This document shows, piece after piece, positions 46,630 through 55,546 of a stretch of DNA of 64,000 nt. The translations under genes were made by a program, and so were the position numbers. Position 1 is the first letter of the stretch. Each line of letters starts with the position of its first letter. The notes below the pieces were generated by a model. The model was not told where the DNA came from, made no database searches, and worked only from the letters and a program-made list of their open reading frames with translations. This DNA is from Armatimonadota bacterium. Its GTDB lineage: Bacteria > Armatimonadota > Fimbriimonadia > Fimbriimonadales > Fimbriimonadaceae. The DNA is taken from positions 10,074 to 74,073 of the forward strand of contig JBEHXE010000006.1 of assembly GCA_048498855.1 (NCBI GenBank). Reading direction: 5' to 3'.

Positions 46630-47112
46630 ATGACAACTTTGATCGAGGTTTGGGATGAGGCGCACCGCGAATTTGCGATTGCGTTTGAGGGATTGACCGA
46701 TGAGGATTTGTGGAGGCGCCCTCATCCAAAATTGCTAAGCCTTGGCGAATTGGCGGCTCACGTGGCCTATTGGCAAGCAGTTTGGATTACCGGCGGCGGC
46801 AACCATCGCCCGGAACTTGACCAGTTGCCGATCCAGAGTGTTCTGATTGATCACGGATTTCGCTATTACACCGGCACGGTCGATCATCCCTACTCGGTCG
46901 CCCTCGGAGTCACTGAGATTCTCGATGAAGTGATGCGAGTTCACGAAGCAGCCAAGGCATTCGTCGCTGAAAAAGGAAAAGATGAAGCGTATCCCGGTCA
47001 ATGGGGCACTTGGGGCAACGTCGTCCAATACCAAGGTTTTCACGTGGCTTACCATACTGGCCAAGCCTATTCGGCTCGGCACCTGATGGGGCACGAAACC
47101 GAAGATAACTAA
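46630..47112 (+). CDS. DinB-family protein
   Basis: Four-helix His-triad pattern (ELAAHVAYW ... FHVAYHTGQ), 160 aa. Confidence 0.75.
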   Translation: MTTLIEVWDEAHREFAIAFEGLTDEDLWRRPHPKLLSLGELAAHVAYWQAVWITGGGNHRPELDQLPIQSVLIDHGFRYYTGTVDHPYSVALGVTEILDEVMRVHEAAKAFVAEKGKDEAYPGQWGTWGNVVQYQGFHVAYHTGQAYSARHLMGHETEDN

Positions 47113-47133
47113 AGGTAGCATGGACCAGACGCC

Positions 47134-49164
47134 ATGATCCCCGCTGCAATCCTTGCCTCGCAAACCATGAAACCGCTCCGCTGGGAGGTCGTTGCTCCGG
47201 GAGTTTGGCGATGCCAAATCGGGAGAGTCGACCGCACTACCCTTACGAAGACATCCGAAGCAAAGCCGAAGCTCGACCCACTCAAGCAGATGCCCCTGGC
47301 CGAGGCTCCGTTCGATCTCAACGAGATTCGCGCATGGATTTCGTCAAGCTATGCCAGTGTTCAACTTCCACTAACGACCGACGAAAAGGTTTTTGGGCTG
47401 GGAATGCAGATGTCGGGGGCGAATCGTCGGGGCGAGGTTTTCCATCTCCAGGTCGATCACTATGAGAAGGGACACGACCGACTGCATGTGCCGACGCCGC
47501 TCTACATCAGTGACCGCGGTTACGCGGTTTTCTTCAATACGATTCGCCCGATCAACGTCTACGTTGGAGTGGGAAATCGCCTTGATGACCCCAAGCACCC
47601 CATGTTCCGCGATCGCAACACCGATCCGAAATGGGACGCGCAACCAGATAGCAGCGCCGTCGAAGCGAGTGTTCAGGGGGCGGGTCTCGAAGTCCTCGTC
47701 TTTGCCGGGCCAACATCGATGGATGCGTTACGGCGTTATAACCTTTATTCCGGTGGCGGAGCCATGCCGCCGATGTGGGCGCTTGGATTTTGGCACCGGC
47801 TACGGTCGTTAGCAACTGCAAAAGACGTTGATTCCGAAGTTCAAAGCTTCGAAGAGAAGCATTTCCCGCTCGATGTGATCGGACTGGAACCAGGTTGGCA
47901 ATCAAGATCTTATCCCGGCTCAATGGAGTGGAGCACGGAACGATTTCCTGACCCCGCAGGCTTTGTGCAAGGACTCAGGAGTAAAGGGATTCACGTCAAT
48001 CTTTGGGAGAATCCTTACGTTGCGCCCGATTCGAATCTTTACAATGCGTTGGCTCCGAGGTTTGGATCCCATACGGTTTGGTTAGGAGCCGCGCCCGACA
48101 TCGCCGATCCTAAAGCCGCCGAGATACTGCGAAAATTCCACCAACAAAACCACACATCAATTGGGGTTTCGGGATACAAAATCGACGAAGTCGATGGTTT
48201 TGACGTGTGGCTTTGGCCCGACCACGCCCAATTTCCGAGCGGTTTAGACGGATTGCCGATGCGGCAGATTTATGGAGTGTTGTGGCAACGCGAACTCGAC
48301 CGCCTCTTCCATCAAGACAATCAACGAACATTTGGACTCGTTCGTGGCTCGAACGGAGCCGCGAGCCGTTTCCCGTTCGCGCTCTACAGCGATACCTATG
48401 ACCACCAGCAATACCTGACCGCACTCACCACGAGCCCTCTTGCGGGCGTTTTGTGGTGCGCGGAGATTCGCAGTGCGAATAGTTCGGAAGAATGGGCGCG
48501 ACGGATGCAGTCGGCGGTCTTGTCGCCGATCGCCCAACTCAATGCCTGGGACAGCGGCAAGAAGCCTTGGAGCTTCCCAGAGGTAGACGATGTCGTGCGG
48601 GATGCCATGCAACTCCGCCAAACCTTGATCCCTTACCTCTACACGACCTTTGCGCAGTATTGCCTCGAAGGGACGCCTCCGATTCGCCCGATGTGCCTGG
48701 TAGATGGGGGGCTCGAAACCGACCAATACCTCTTAGGCGACAATTTATTGGCTGCCCCGGTAGCGGCCGGTCAGAAAAGCCGAAGTGTCCGGTTGCCTGC
48801 CGGCGAGTGGTACGACTATCGCTCGGGAGCTTATGTCGGAAGCCATCAGACGATCCGGATTTCGCCAAAACTGGATGAAATTCCGCTTTATGTTCGTGGT
48901 GGCTCAGCAATCCCAACGTATCATGGCCAATTGCATGTCGCGGCCTATTCGTCGAGCGAGCTGTATCACTTGCGTTGCTATGGCAAGGGGCCTTGGCGGG
49001 CCGCGGTCTATGATGACGATCGGTTGACGTACGCTTTCGAAAAAGGGAATTACGGGCTATTCGACGTCACCATCGATGGTCAAGCCGCCACCGCGACGCA
49101 TCGCGCCGGAAAATGGACAACACTCCCCGGTGCCTTGCAGATCGACCTCATGACGAAGGAGTGA
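47134..49164 (+). CDS. glycoside hydrolase family 31
   Basis: PLDVIGLEPGWQ...FPDP...GIHVNLWENPYV...GVSGYKIDEVDG catalytic-region pattern, 676 aa. Confidence 0.8.
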   Translation: MIPAAILASQTMKPLRWEVVAPGVWRCQIGRVDRTTLTKTSEAKPKLDPLKQMPLAEAPFDLNEIRAWISSSYASVQLPLTTDEKVFGLGMQMSGANRRGEVFHLQVDHYEKGHDRLHVPTPLYISDRGYAVFFNTIRPINVYVGVGNRLDDPKHPMFRDRNTDPKWDAQPDSSAVEASVQGAGLEVLVFAGPTSMDALRRYNLYSGGGAMPPMWALGFWHRLRSLATAKDVDSEVQSFEEKHFPLDVIGLEPGWQSRSYPGSMEWSTERFPDPAGFVQGLRSKGIHVNLWENPYVAPDSNLYNALAPRFGSHTVWLGAAPDIADPKAAEILRKFHQQNHTSIGVSGYKIDEVDGFDVWLWPDHAQFPSGLDGLPMRQIYGVLWQRELDRLFHQDNQRTFGLVRGSNGAASRFPFALYSDTYDHQQYLTALTTSPLAGVLWCAEIRSANSSEEWARRMQSAVLSPIAQLNAWDSGKKPWSFPEVDDVVRDAMQLRQTLIPYLYTTFAQYCLEGTPPIRPMCLVDGGLETDQYLLGDNLLAAPVAAGQKSRSVRLPAGEWYDYRSGAYVGSHQTIRISPKLDEIPLYVRGGSAIPTYHGQLHVAAYSSSELYHLRCYGKGPWRAAVYDDDRLTYAFEKGNYGLFDVTIDGQAATATHRAGKWTTLPGALQIDLMTKE

Positions 49165-49418
49165 TGTCTACGCATGAGTCAGATGTCGTCGAACTAAAAG
49201 GATGTATCGGATTTGGTTTTGCCACTTTGGGAGTCGTCCTCGTGTTATGTTCCGGAATCTTATCGTTCGGGGACAGAGGACCAACCAATCGAAAACTTGA
49301 GCCCAAGATGGTTGAGGATTTTCAGCACCACGATATGTTCATGTCCTCTATTCTTGGAGTTGGGCTAGTGACGTTTGCGATTGGAACGATTATGCTTTCA
49401 AAGCGATTTCGCCAGTGA
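49164..49418 (+). CDS. small two-TM membrane protein
   Basis: The ATG overlaps the GH31 stop (TGATG). Two hydrophobic spans. Confidence 0.45.
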   Translation: MSTHESDVVELKGCIGFGFATLGVVLVLCSGILSFGDRGPTNRKLEPKMVEDFQHHDMFMSSILGVGLVTFAIGTIMLSKRFRQ

Positions 49419-49433
49419 GAGAAGACGGGCATA

Positions 49434-49805
49434 TCAAAGGTGAAGGTCAGGTTTAAAATAGAAAAAAGTTGGAGTGCCTTTGACATTCACTTGGCTTGAA
49501 AATCGAATGTATTCTCGATAGTTTCCAAGTGTGCGGCGAGGTTGGCTTTTAAAGAATACGGCGTTAGCGTCCTCGAACCCCCGCCCTTCTTGGATCGAAT
49601 ATCCCTCGGCGACGAGAAGGTTCCAAAAACGGCCTAATTCGTCGCTCGGCAAACGATAGACTCCTGCTTGCTGGCTATCTACTCCAAGGAATTTAAAAGA
49701 ATAGGCGCCGCGTCGAATTTTCGACGGAAGCGACTCAGGCAAACTCGTCCATCCAAGGATTGCGCTGCACAAAAGAGCTCCCATCACCAGATCTCGTCCT
49801 TTCAT
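49434..49805 (-). CDS. secreted hypothetical protein
   Basis: An internal ATG gives the signal peptide MKGRDLVMGALLCSAILGW. The track ORF extends to 49898. Confidence 0.4.
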   Translation of the reverse strand: MKGRDLVMGALLCSAILGWTSLPESLPSKIRRGAYSFKFLGVDSQQAGVYRLPSDELGRFWNLLVAEGYSIQEGRGFEDANAVFFKSQPRRTLGNYREYIRFSSQVNVKGTPTFFYFKPDLHL

Positions 49806-49896
49806 GACATTTAACAGTAAGTTACGCCAACTTTCGACCTGATCGAGCCCTTGAGGCAAACAATCCGTTCTGTTGGTTCCGTAGAAAGGGAACACC

Positions 49897-50343
49897 ATGA
49901 GAGATTCGAATCTGTTACGTCGCTGGCAATCGGCAGCGCCATATTTTCAAAGTGCGTTACGAATTTTCGCCGGACTTCTCTTGGTTGCGACCGGTAGCGT
50001 GATCCTCTTTGGGTTTCCGGTTAAGCCTCCATCTGCGGGACCCGTCCCTGATCTGATTCGAATGCAGACTCAACTTGGTGGAATTTTGCAAACATTTGGC
50101 GGTCTGCTTTTCGCCCTTGGTCTTTTTACGCGCCCAGTTGCATTCGTCCTGTCGGGAATGATGGCGGTCGCTTATTTCCAGTTCCATTTTAAGGCCGAAT
50201 GGCCAGCCGGCATCATGCCCAATCTGAATAATGGAATGCCGTCTGGGGTGCTCTGCTTTGTGTTTCTTTTCTTTTCTGCTGCGGGCGGAGGCAAGTGGAG
50301 TCTTGATGCTGCCCGGGAAAATTCACAGATCGGCGTGCGTTAA
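49897..50343 (+). CDS. DoxX-family membrane protein
   Basis: LRIFAGLLLVATG...FGGLLFALGLFTRPVAFVLSGMMAVAYF pattern, with four TM spans. Confidence 0.8.
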   Translation: MRDSNLLRRWQSAAPYFQSALRIFAGLLLVATGSVILFGFPVKPPSAGPVPDLIRMQTQLGGILQTFGGLLFALGLFTRPVAFVLSGMMAVAYFQFHFKAEWPAGIMPNLNNGMPSGVLCFVFLFFSAAGGGKWSLDAARENSQIGVR

Positions 50344-50484
50344 GGAATCCCTCAGGCGTCAGAAATGTTGAAGGAAATGGTGAACCGGGACCCGAAAATG
50401 TCCGTATCATCAAATAAGAGAGAAATGCTTAAGTTCAGTGGGAAAGGTCTCAACAGTAGTCAGTATCGGGCAGGTTTGTATTAA

Positions 50485-50754
50485 ATGAGTGATCGAGGAC
50501 GGCAGGGCCGGCAACGCGTCATTGGCTTCAAACATGGCGGCGTTCAAGTTGACACCGGCAACGACGAAATTTTCATCAATGGTCGTTGGTTCCACATCTC
50601 CGAAATTCGTGCCTGTGAGAAATCAAGTGAAGGCTACAACATCTTGTTTCTAGACCCCAAACTCGAGAAATTCCGCTGGAAGGCGATGTTTAGCTCGAAG
50701 CAAGAGAAGATGGGCGAAATGCTTCGGTTGCTCTGGTCCCATCGCCAAGCATAG
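50485..50754 (+). CDS. hypothetical protein
   Basis: An 89-aa ORF with no competing frame and no recognisable motif. Confidence 0.3.
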   Translation: MSDRGRQGRQRVIGFKHGGVQVDTGNDEIFINGRWFHISEIRACEKSSEGYNILFLDPKLEKFRWKAMFSSKQEKMGEMLRLLWSHRQA

Positions 50755-51000
50755 AATGGACTTATAGTGGGGGTGTCATTGCGCTAAGTGGCTCGCAGGC
50801 TGCCTCAGCCCCAATGGATTCCAACCAATTTTAGAATTTCCCAGACGCGGGTTGATGCTAAAGAAGTTTCTAGTAAAACGCCACGGCCCCATCGAGTAAT
50901 ACGATGACCCACCCATTTCTAGCCCGTGCCAAATATCCGATTGAACCGGACGATATCCCAAGATAAGTCCAAGTTTGAAGTGACGATTTATAAGATGACT

Positions 51001-51240
51001 CTAACCCTTGAGAGTGTATGAGAGCGCACCAGACGGGCATCGATCGACTTGAGCAACAATCTCATCCTTCGTCGCGCCCTCAACGTCAATCCATGGATGC
51101 TGGGCCAGATTAAAAACCTGGCCCAAGCCACGGACGCAGTTCCCGCAGTGAACGCATTTCGCGCTATCCCAATGAACGATCAATCCTTCCGACTCATAGT
51201 CGCGTTTCACGTGCCGATCCACGACCCTATTGTATGCCAA
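51001..51240 (-). CDS. YjdI-type divergent 4Fe-4S mono-cluster protein
   Basis: CVHCGNCVRGL...HPWIDVEG...DRCPSGALSY. Confidence 0.7.
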   Translation of the reverse strand: MAYNRVVDRHVKRDYESEGLIVHWDSAKCVHCGNCVRGLGQVFNLAQHPWIDVEGATKDEIVAQVDRCPSGALSYTLKG

Positions 51241-51242
51241 AA

Positions 51243-51872
51243 CTACTTCGCAGCTTTGGCGGCGGCGACGATCTCTTCGCCTTTCATGCGAACTTTATAA
51301 TCTGGATTCGAGTGCGAGAAGACGATTTTCCCTTTTGCATCAATGATGAAAACGGACGGAACGGGCAAAATGTGATGCTTCTCGCCAGACCGCTTTTCGA
51401 GATCGATGCTGTACTTATTTTTGTATGTGTCAAACGTCGAGTCGTCAAGGCGAAAGGCGACGCCAAACTTCTTCAACGATTCCGCGCTTGTGTCTGAAAA
51501 GAGTTTGTAAGTCAGCTTGTGCTGATCAACGGTTTTTGCGATTTCTTCAGGACGATCAGGGCTGATACCGACGATTTGGTAACCCATGCCGCGGAGGTCA
51601 CCTTCGACCTTTGCGAGTTCGGCAAGATGCATATTACAAAACGGGCACCATCCTCCACGGTAGAAAATCAACACCGTGGGCTTCTTGTTCAGAACGGCTC
51701 GAAGACTGGTCTTTTCGCCTTTGACCGTTCGAAGGTCGGCGTTGGGAGCTTTGGCACCAGCTTCAAGGGGTTTGGCTTTGGCTGGGTCCAGAGCGACTCC
51801 GGTCTGAAACGCCATGGCGGCAGCCGATAGAACGAGCGCTCCGGTTGCAAGGAGCAACGAGGGGGACTTCAT
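51243..51872 (-). CDS. peroxiredoxin-like (AhpC/TSA/redoxin) protein, exported
   Basis: Signal peptide, then VLIFYRGGWCPFCNMHLAEL. Confidence 0.85.
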   Translation of the reverse strand: MKSPSLLLATGALVLSAAAMAFQTGVALDPAKAKPLEAGAKAPNADLRTVKGEKTSLRAVLNKKPTVLIFYRGGWCPFCNMHLAELAKVEGDLRGMGYQIVGISPDRPEEIAKTVDQHKLTYKLFSDTSAESLKKFGVAFRLDDSTFDTYKNKYSIDLEKRSGEKHHILPVPSVFIIDAKGKIVFSHSNPDYKVRMKGEEIVAAAKAAK

Positions 51873-51939
51873 GAGACTTACTATGCGCGGCGGTATTCAA
51901 GAGTTCCAAATTTTTGTTAGGTAGAGTAAGCCATTCGGA

Positions 51940-52212
51940 ATGTCAAATAGAGGGAATCCATATGTTAAGGCGTCCGTGGGCAAGTCGGCCGCTTCGGCGG
52001 CACTGATATTCCTTGGAATACTTGTGATGTGTTGTTGTGGCGGAATGTCCCAGTACGGTGACTACATTGGTCCGCCCGAAGAGCTTGCCGCATACCAAAC
52101 GGGGATGAAACTAAGACTCGCGATCTGCGTCGTGACGGGACTCGTAATCATTGGTTTAGGGATTTGGCAGGGCAAGAAAGGAAAGTCACAGCCGCCTCAA
52201 GATCCTGATTAG
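51940..52212 (+). CDS. small two-TM membrane protein
   Basis: Two hydrophobic spans with a CCGG motif between them. Confidence 0.45.
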   Translation: MSNRGNPYVKASVGKSAASAALIFLGILVMCCCGGMSQYGDYIGPPEELAAYQTGMKLRLAICVVTGLVIIGLGIWQGKKGKSQPPQDPD

Positions 52213-52268
52213 CAATCGACCTCGGCCTCGAAACTGAAATTCTGTTGTTATAATGCAGTGCAGGGGTT

Positions 52269-54410
52269 ATGGCAGGTTTCGTTCTTGCGGCATTGTTAGG
52301 GTTTCAAACGGCTCGGTTTGCGAATCCAATTGACTTTGATTTTGAGGTCGGCGCGACCGAATTTGCCGTGGAATCTTTAGGGAAAACCACCGGTATTCCG
52401 ATGCGGGTAGTGGGTCCGGCCAGCAAAGAGACCGTTTTTCTTCATGTCGAAAACCGTCCCATTCGAGAGGTCATGGATGAGTTGGCCAAGGCGATTGTCG
52501 CTGAATGGAGCCTGAGTTCTGATGGCTATTGGACACTCCAGCGTACGGCAAAGCAAGAGTCCGACGCTTATGCCGCCAGGTTTGCCAAAGACGTCGAGCA
52601 AGCTGAGCAGTGGAAAAAGAATGTTCTGAAGCATCTCGACCAACCTTTCGATTCAAAAAGCCTCGATAAAATGGTCAAGGAGTACCGCCAGCTCGACTAC
52701 GACTTAGAAATGGCGCAACGCAAAGACGAAAACATAAACAAGCGCGATGCCGAGCGTCTCGGTACCCTCCAAGAGCAAGGCCCGGGAAAACGCTTATTTG
52801 CTCGCTGTATCAAAGACCTCGATGTTCGACAGATTGCCAAGGCGATGCGGGAAGGACATATGGTTTTTTCGACCGACCCGAACGCCAGTCAGCTGCCATT
52901 TCCCACGGATATCCGACCAGCCCTCAAACTTGCCTACGACGAGCAGTTGACGTGGGGCGATATGTTGGTGCGCAATCCAGCGCGTCCTCTTCCACCCAAG
53001 GAGGATGACTACGATTCGACCGAGCCTCCTGAGGCTGAACGGGACCCATGGGACCGGGCAAGGATGCAGTCATGGGAGCGGCTACTGCCTTACCGTCAGG
53101 TACCGACTCATGCAATCTTAAAAGTTAGCGATGGATATTGGTCGGTCACTGCTTGGTCAGATGATGGCGTTCCTATTCTTGAGTCGTTTGAAGAGAGTTT
53201 CGCTACCTATGACCGCCTTGAAGATGAATACAAATTTTTATTGTCGTTCGACGAGGACGCGACAAAGCCGTTGGAAGTGAAACCCTCGTCTGAGTGGCAA
53301 GCACTTTATGAACTCACGCGAATCGACCGAAAAAATCAGGAGGAACCCGAATTTAAGACTCCTCTTTCGAAGGCCGAAGCCCGCCGGATTCTGCAGCCAT
53401 ACTTCGTTGATCCCGTCCATAACGATCCGCTAAAGATTGGGAATCAAGAGATCCTCTTGGAACTCGTGAAAAAAGAGCGAAGAAGCGTCATTGCTTGTCT
53501 CCCCGACTCGATGCTTCAAACACGGATTCAAAATCGCCCAGTGAGTCGGCTCTTATCAAATACTCAGGACGATCTGAGCAATTACGATGATATTCAAACT
53601 ACGATTTCAGACCAATGGGTTTCAATTACTCCAAGTTTTCCGCTATCCGATTGGAATCAGAAAATGGATCGGAATGCGGCTCGGATGTTTGGTCAAGAAT
53701 ACCGATCGACGGGCAATGTCTCGCTGGCAACCTATTTGAAGGCAAGTATTGGTCGAAAAGTCGAAAATGCCGAAATTCAACCTCCGTACTTCTTAAACCT
53801 GCAGTTTTCGAAGAATGTCGCCTGGAGTATTCCGCAAAGGGCAAATTTCCGTTATTTGCTTCTGAGTTTGAATGACGACCAGTTATTGCGACTCAAGCAA
53901 GGACAAGTCATCCGATATTCTCAACTGACACCCGAGCAATTTGACCTTATTCAACCATTGATCCTTGGTTCGCACGTTCGGATGTATGTCTACAACGAGC
54001 CGACCACCAATTTTGCCGCGATCGACCCGACCATGGAAATGCCAAGAGGTGTAGTAAATAGTGGGGGAATTGCGCTCGAAATGGCTGAAGATGAGTTCTG
54101 TGGAGTTCACAAGGAGGGAGAATTAGGTGAAGATGACCTTACGCTTCTTCGACTCGACCAGCGGAAGGAATTTTATGTGTCGAGGGAATTCCGATGTTTC
54201 GCTGGGGGATTTATCGACATTCCGCAGACGTCCTTCCTCGATTTTCGCAAACAAAACCGGCTCACTCTCAAGTGTTACACCGCGCCAGACCGATATGTCA
54301 GCGACGACTTTGTCGAAGCGATGCCCGAGGGTGGCAAGCGTTATCCCTACTCGGAATTGAGCCCAAAAATGATTGAACGAATCAATCAGGCAAAGAACTT
54401 TCTCTGGTAG
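52269..54410 (+). CDS. large secreted hypothetical protein, paralogue of 31058-33151
   Basis: Same architecture and shared blocks as the 697-aa ORF (STN-like N-terminal module, LNDDQLLRLKQGQVIRYSQLTPEQ, RLTLKC). Confidence 0.7.
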   Translation: MAGFVLAALLGFQTARFANPIDFDFEVGATEFAVESLGKTTGIPMRVVGPASKETVFLHVENRPIREVMDELAKAIVAEWSLSSDGYWTLQRTAKQESDAYAARFAKDVEQAEQWKKNVLKHLDQPFDSKSLDKMVKEYRQLDYDLEMAQRKDENINKRDAERLGTLQEQGPGKRLFARCIKDLDVRQIAKAMREGHMVFSTDPNASQLPFPTDIRPALKLAYDEQLTWGDMLVRNPARPLPPKEDDYDSTEPPEAERDPWDRARMQSWERLLPYRQVPTHAILKVSDGYWSVTAWSDDGVPILESFEESFATYDRLEDEYKFLLSFDEDATKPLEVKPSSEWQALYELTRIDRKNQEEPEFKTPLSKAEARRILQPYFVDPVHNDPLKIGNQEILLELVKKERRSVIACLPDSMLQTRIQNRPVSRLLSNTQDDLSNYDDIQTTISDQWVSITPSFPLSDWNQKMDRNAARMFGQEYRSTGNVSLATYLKASIGRKVENAEIQPPYFLNLQFSKNVAWSIPQRANFRYLLLSLNDDQLLRLKQGQVIRYSQLTPEQFDLIQPLILGSHVRMYVYNEPTTNFAAIDPTMEMPRGVVNSGGIALEMAEDEFCGVHKEGELGEDDLTLLRLDQRKEFYVSREFRCFAGGFIDIPQTSFLDFRKQNRLTLKCYTAPDRYVSDDFVEAMPEGGKRYPYSELSPKMIERINQAKNFLW

Positions 54411-54488
54411 CGACCAAAAGGGATGGAGCCTTATTTTTCCCAAATGTTTCGCGAACTTCCGCACAAATCCGCGTCTTAATAAACAAAC

Positions 54489-55082
54489 ATGTTGCTTCCC
54501 ATTGCATTAATGAATATTCAGCTTCAGGCCAAGCTTGATCCTGCCTACATGATCCAAGCCCTCTATCCGGCTGGATCATTGAGGAAAGACCCAACCGAGG
54601 CGGGTGGGCACTCCGAATCGAGCAACATGCCCAAACTGATGACATCAAAGACTCGGCTTCAAAGCAACCTTGGCGTGCAGCTTAAGGCTACGAAGGCGGG
54701 AATTTCGATCCATATTTACAATGCCTCGTCCGAAGACGCATGGCTGCGTGCGATGGATGGCAACATGATCGCTTGGCTCGAAGCTCAAGAAGGCAACGAG
54801 TGGAAACCGATCGAATATTTGCCGTTCGTCGACTGTGGAAACAGTTTCCACCGAGTCGTCTTGCCACCCAACTACGAGTGGCTCTTCCATCGTTTAATGC
54901 CAAAAGGGGACTGGCAAACCCAGGTTCGTTTCGTCATTCTCGAAAACGACAAGAAGATCACCTCTCCTTCGATCCTGATGAGCATCCCAGAAACCAGAAT
55001 TCGTCTGAATCCGGCCCAAAATACTCAGTACAAGATCGAAATGAATGGATATCCCGTTCTGGTTCCTCGCCAGCGCGGTTAG
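54489..55082 (+). CDS. hypothetical protein
   Basis: 197-aa ORF in a clean frame, with no motif recognised. Confidence 0.5.
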   Translation: MLLPIALMNIQLQAKLDPAYMIQALYPAGSLRKDPTEAGGHSESSNMPKLMTSKTRLQSNLGVQLKATKAGISIHIYNASSEDAWLRAMDGNMIAWLEAQEGNEWKPIEYLPFVDCGNSFHRVVLPPNYEWLFHRLMPKGDWQTQVRFVILENDKKITSPSILMSIPETRIRLNPAQNTQYKIEMNGYPVLVPRQRG

Positions 55083-55546
55083 AGTTGAGCTGGCACTTTG
55101 ATCTTATTGGTCGCAAGCCGAAAGGCGATCACGAATGCCAGTCCGATCAAGAGAAACACACCCCCTGCTATTAAAGGGCTTCGTTCGGTCTGGTCTTCAG
55201 ATTGGACGACGGTATTGGCGACGCTAAATTGACTTCGAACTATCCCGTCCGACCCGTGTCGAATCCCGTCCGACCCGTGTCGAATCCCGGCCGAATCCCG
55301 CCCCGGCTTTATCGAAACCTCTTCTTGTCGGAGCCGCTGTGAAGTCGGATTGCCATATCGATCGAGGACGGTAGGATCCTGCCCGACCGGTGCGGTCGTT
55401 CCGTTGAATGTCATCTCCTGAGTGACTTGGGCCTCGGTCTGTTCGGGGCGTTTGATGTGCCATTCGCTGGCGCGGTTGATATCCTGTCCCAGACCGATGC
55501 TAGCCAACATCGATCCGACGATAAGCATTCCAAGTTTAAAGCGCAT
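55079..55546 (-). CDS. signal peptide plus C-terminal TM protein with heptapeptide repeat
   Basis: MRFKLGMLIVGSMLASIGLG, a GIRHGSD repeat (two copies), and a C-terminal TM span. Its start overlaps the stop of the 617-aa gene by 11 nt. Confidence 0.55.
   Translation of the reverse strand: MRFKLGMLIVGSMLASIGLGQDINRASEWHIKRPEQTEAQVTQEMTFNGTTAPVGQDPTVLDRYGNPTSQRLRQEEVSIKPGRDSAGIRHGSDGIRHGSDGIVRSQFSVANTVVQSEDQTERSPLIAGGVFLLIGLAFVIAFRLATNKIKVPAQL

Noticed and set aside
45148-49898. Possible paralogy between the small ORFs 45148-45525 and 49434-49898 (VLVSAGYVRM against LLVAEGYSIQ; FKYLYF against TFFYF).
   Set aside because: The similarity is limited to two short patches, which is too weak to claim without an alignment statistic.
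49896-49899. Divergent ORFs 49434-49898 (minus) and 49897-50343 (plus) whose ATG codons overlap in a CATG palindrome.
   Set aside because: The minus-strand protein only gains a plausible signal peptide from the internal ATG at 49805. The first 31 codons look non-coding, so the overlap is probably an ORF-calling artefact.
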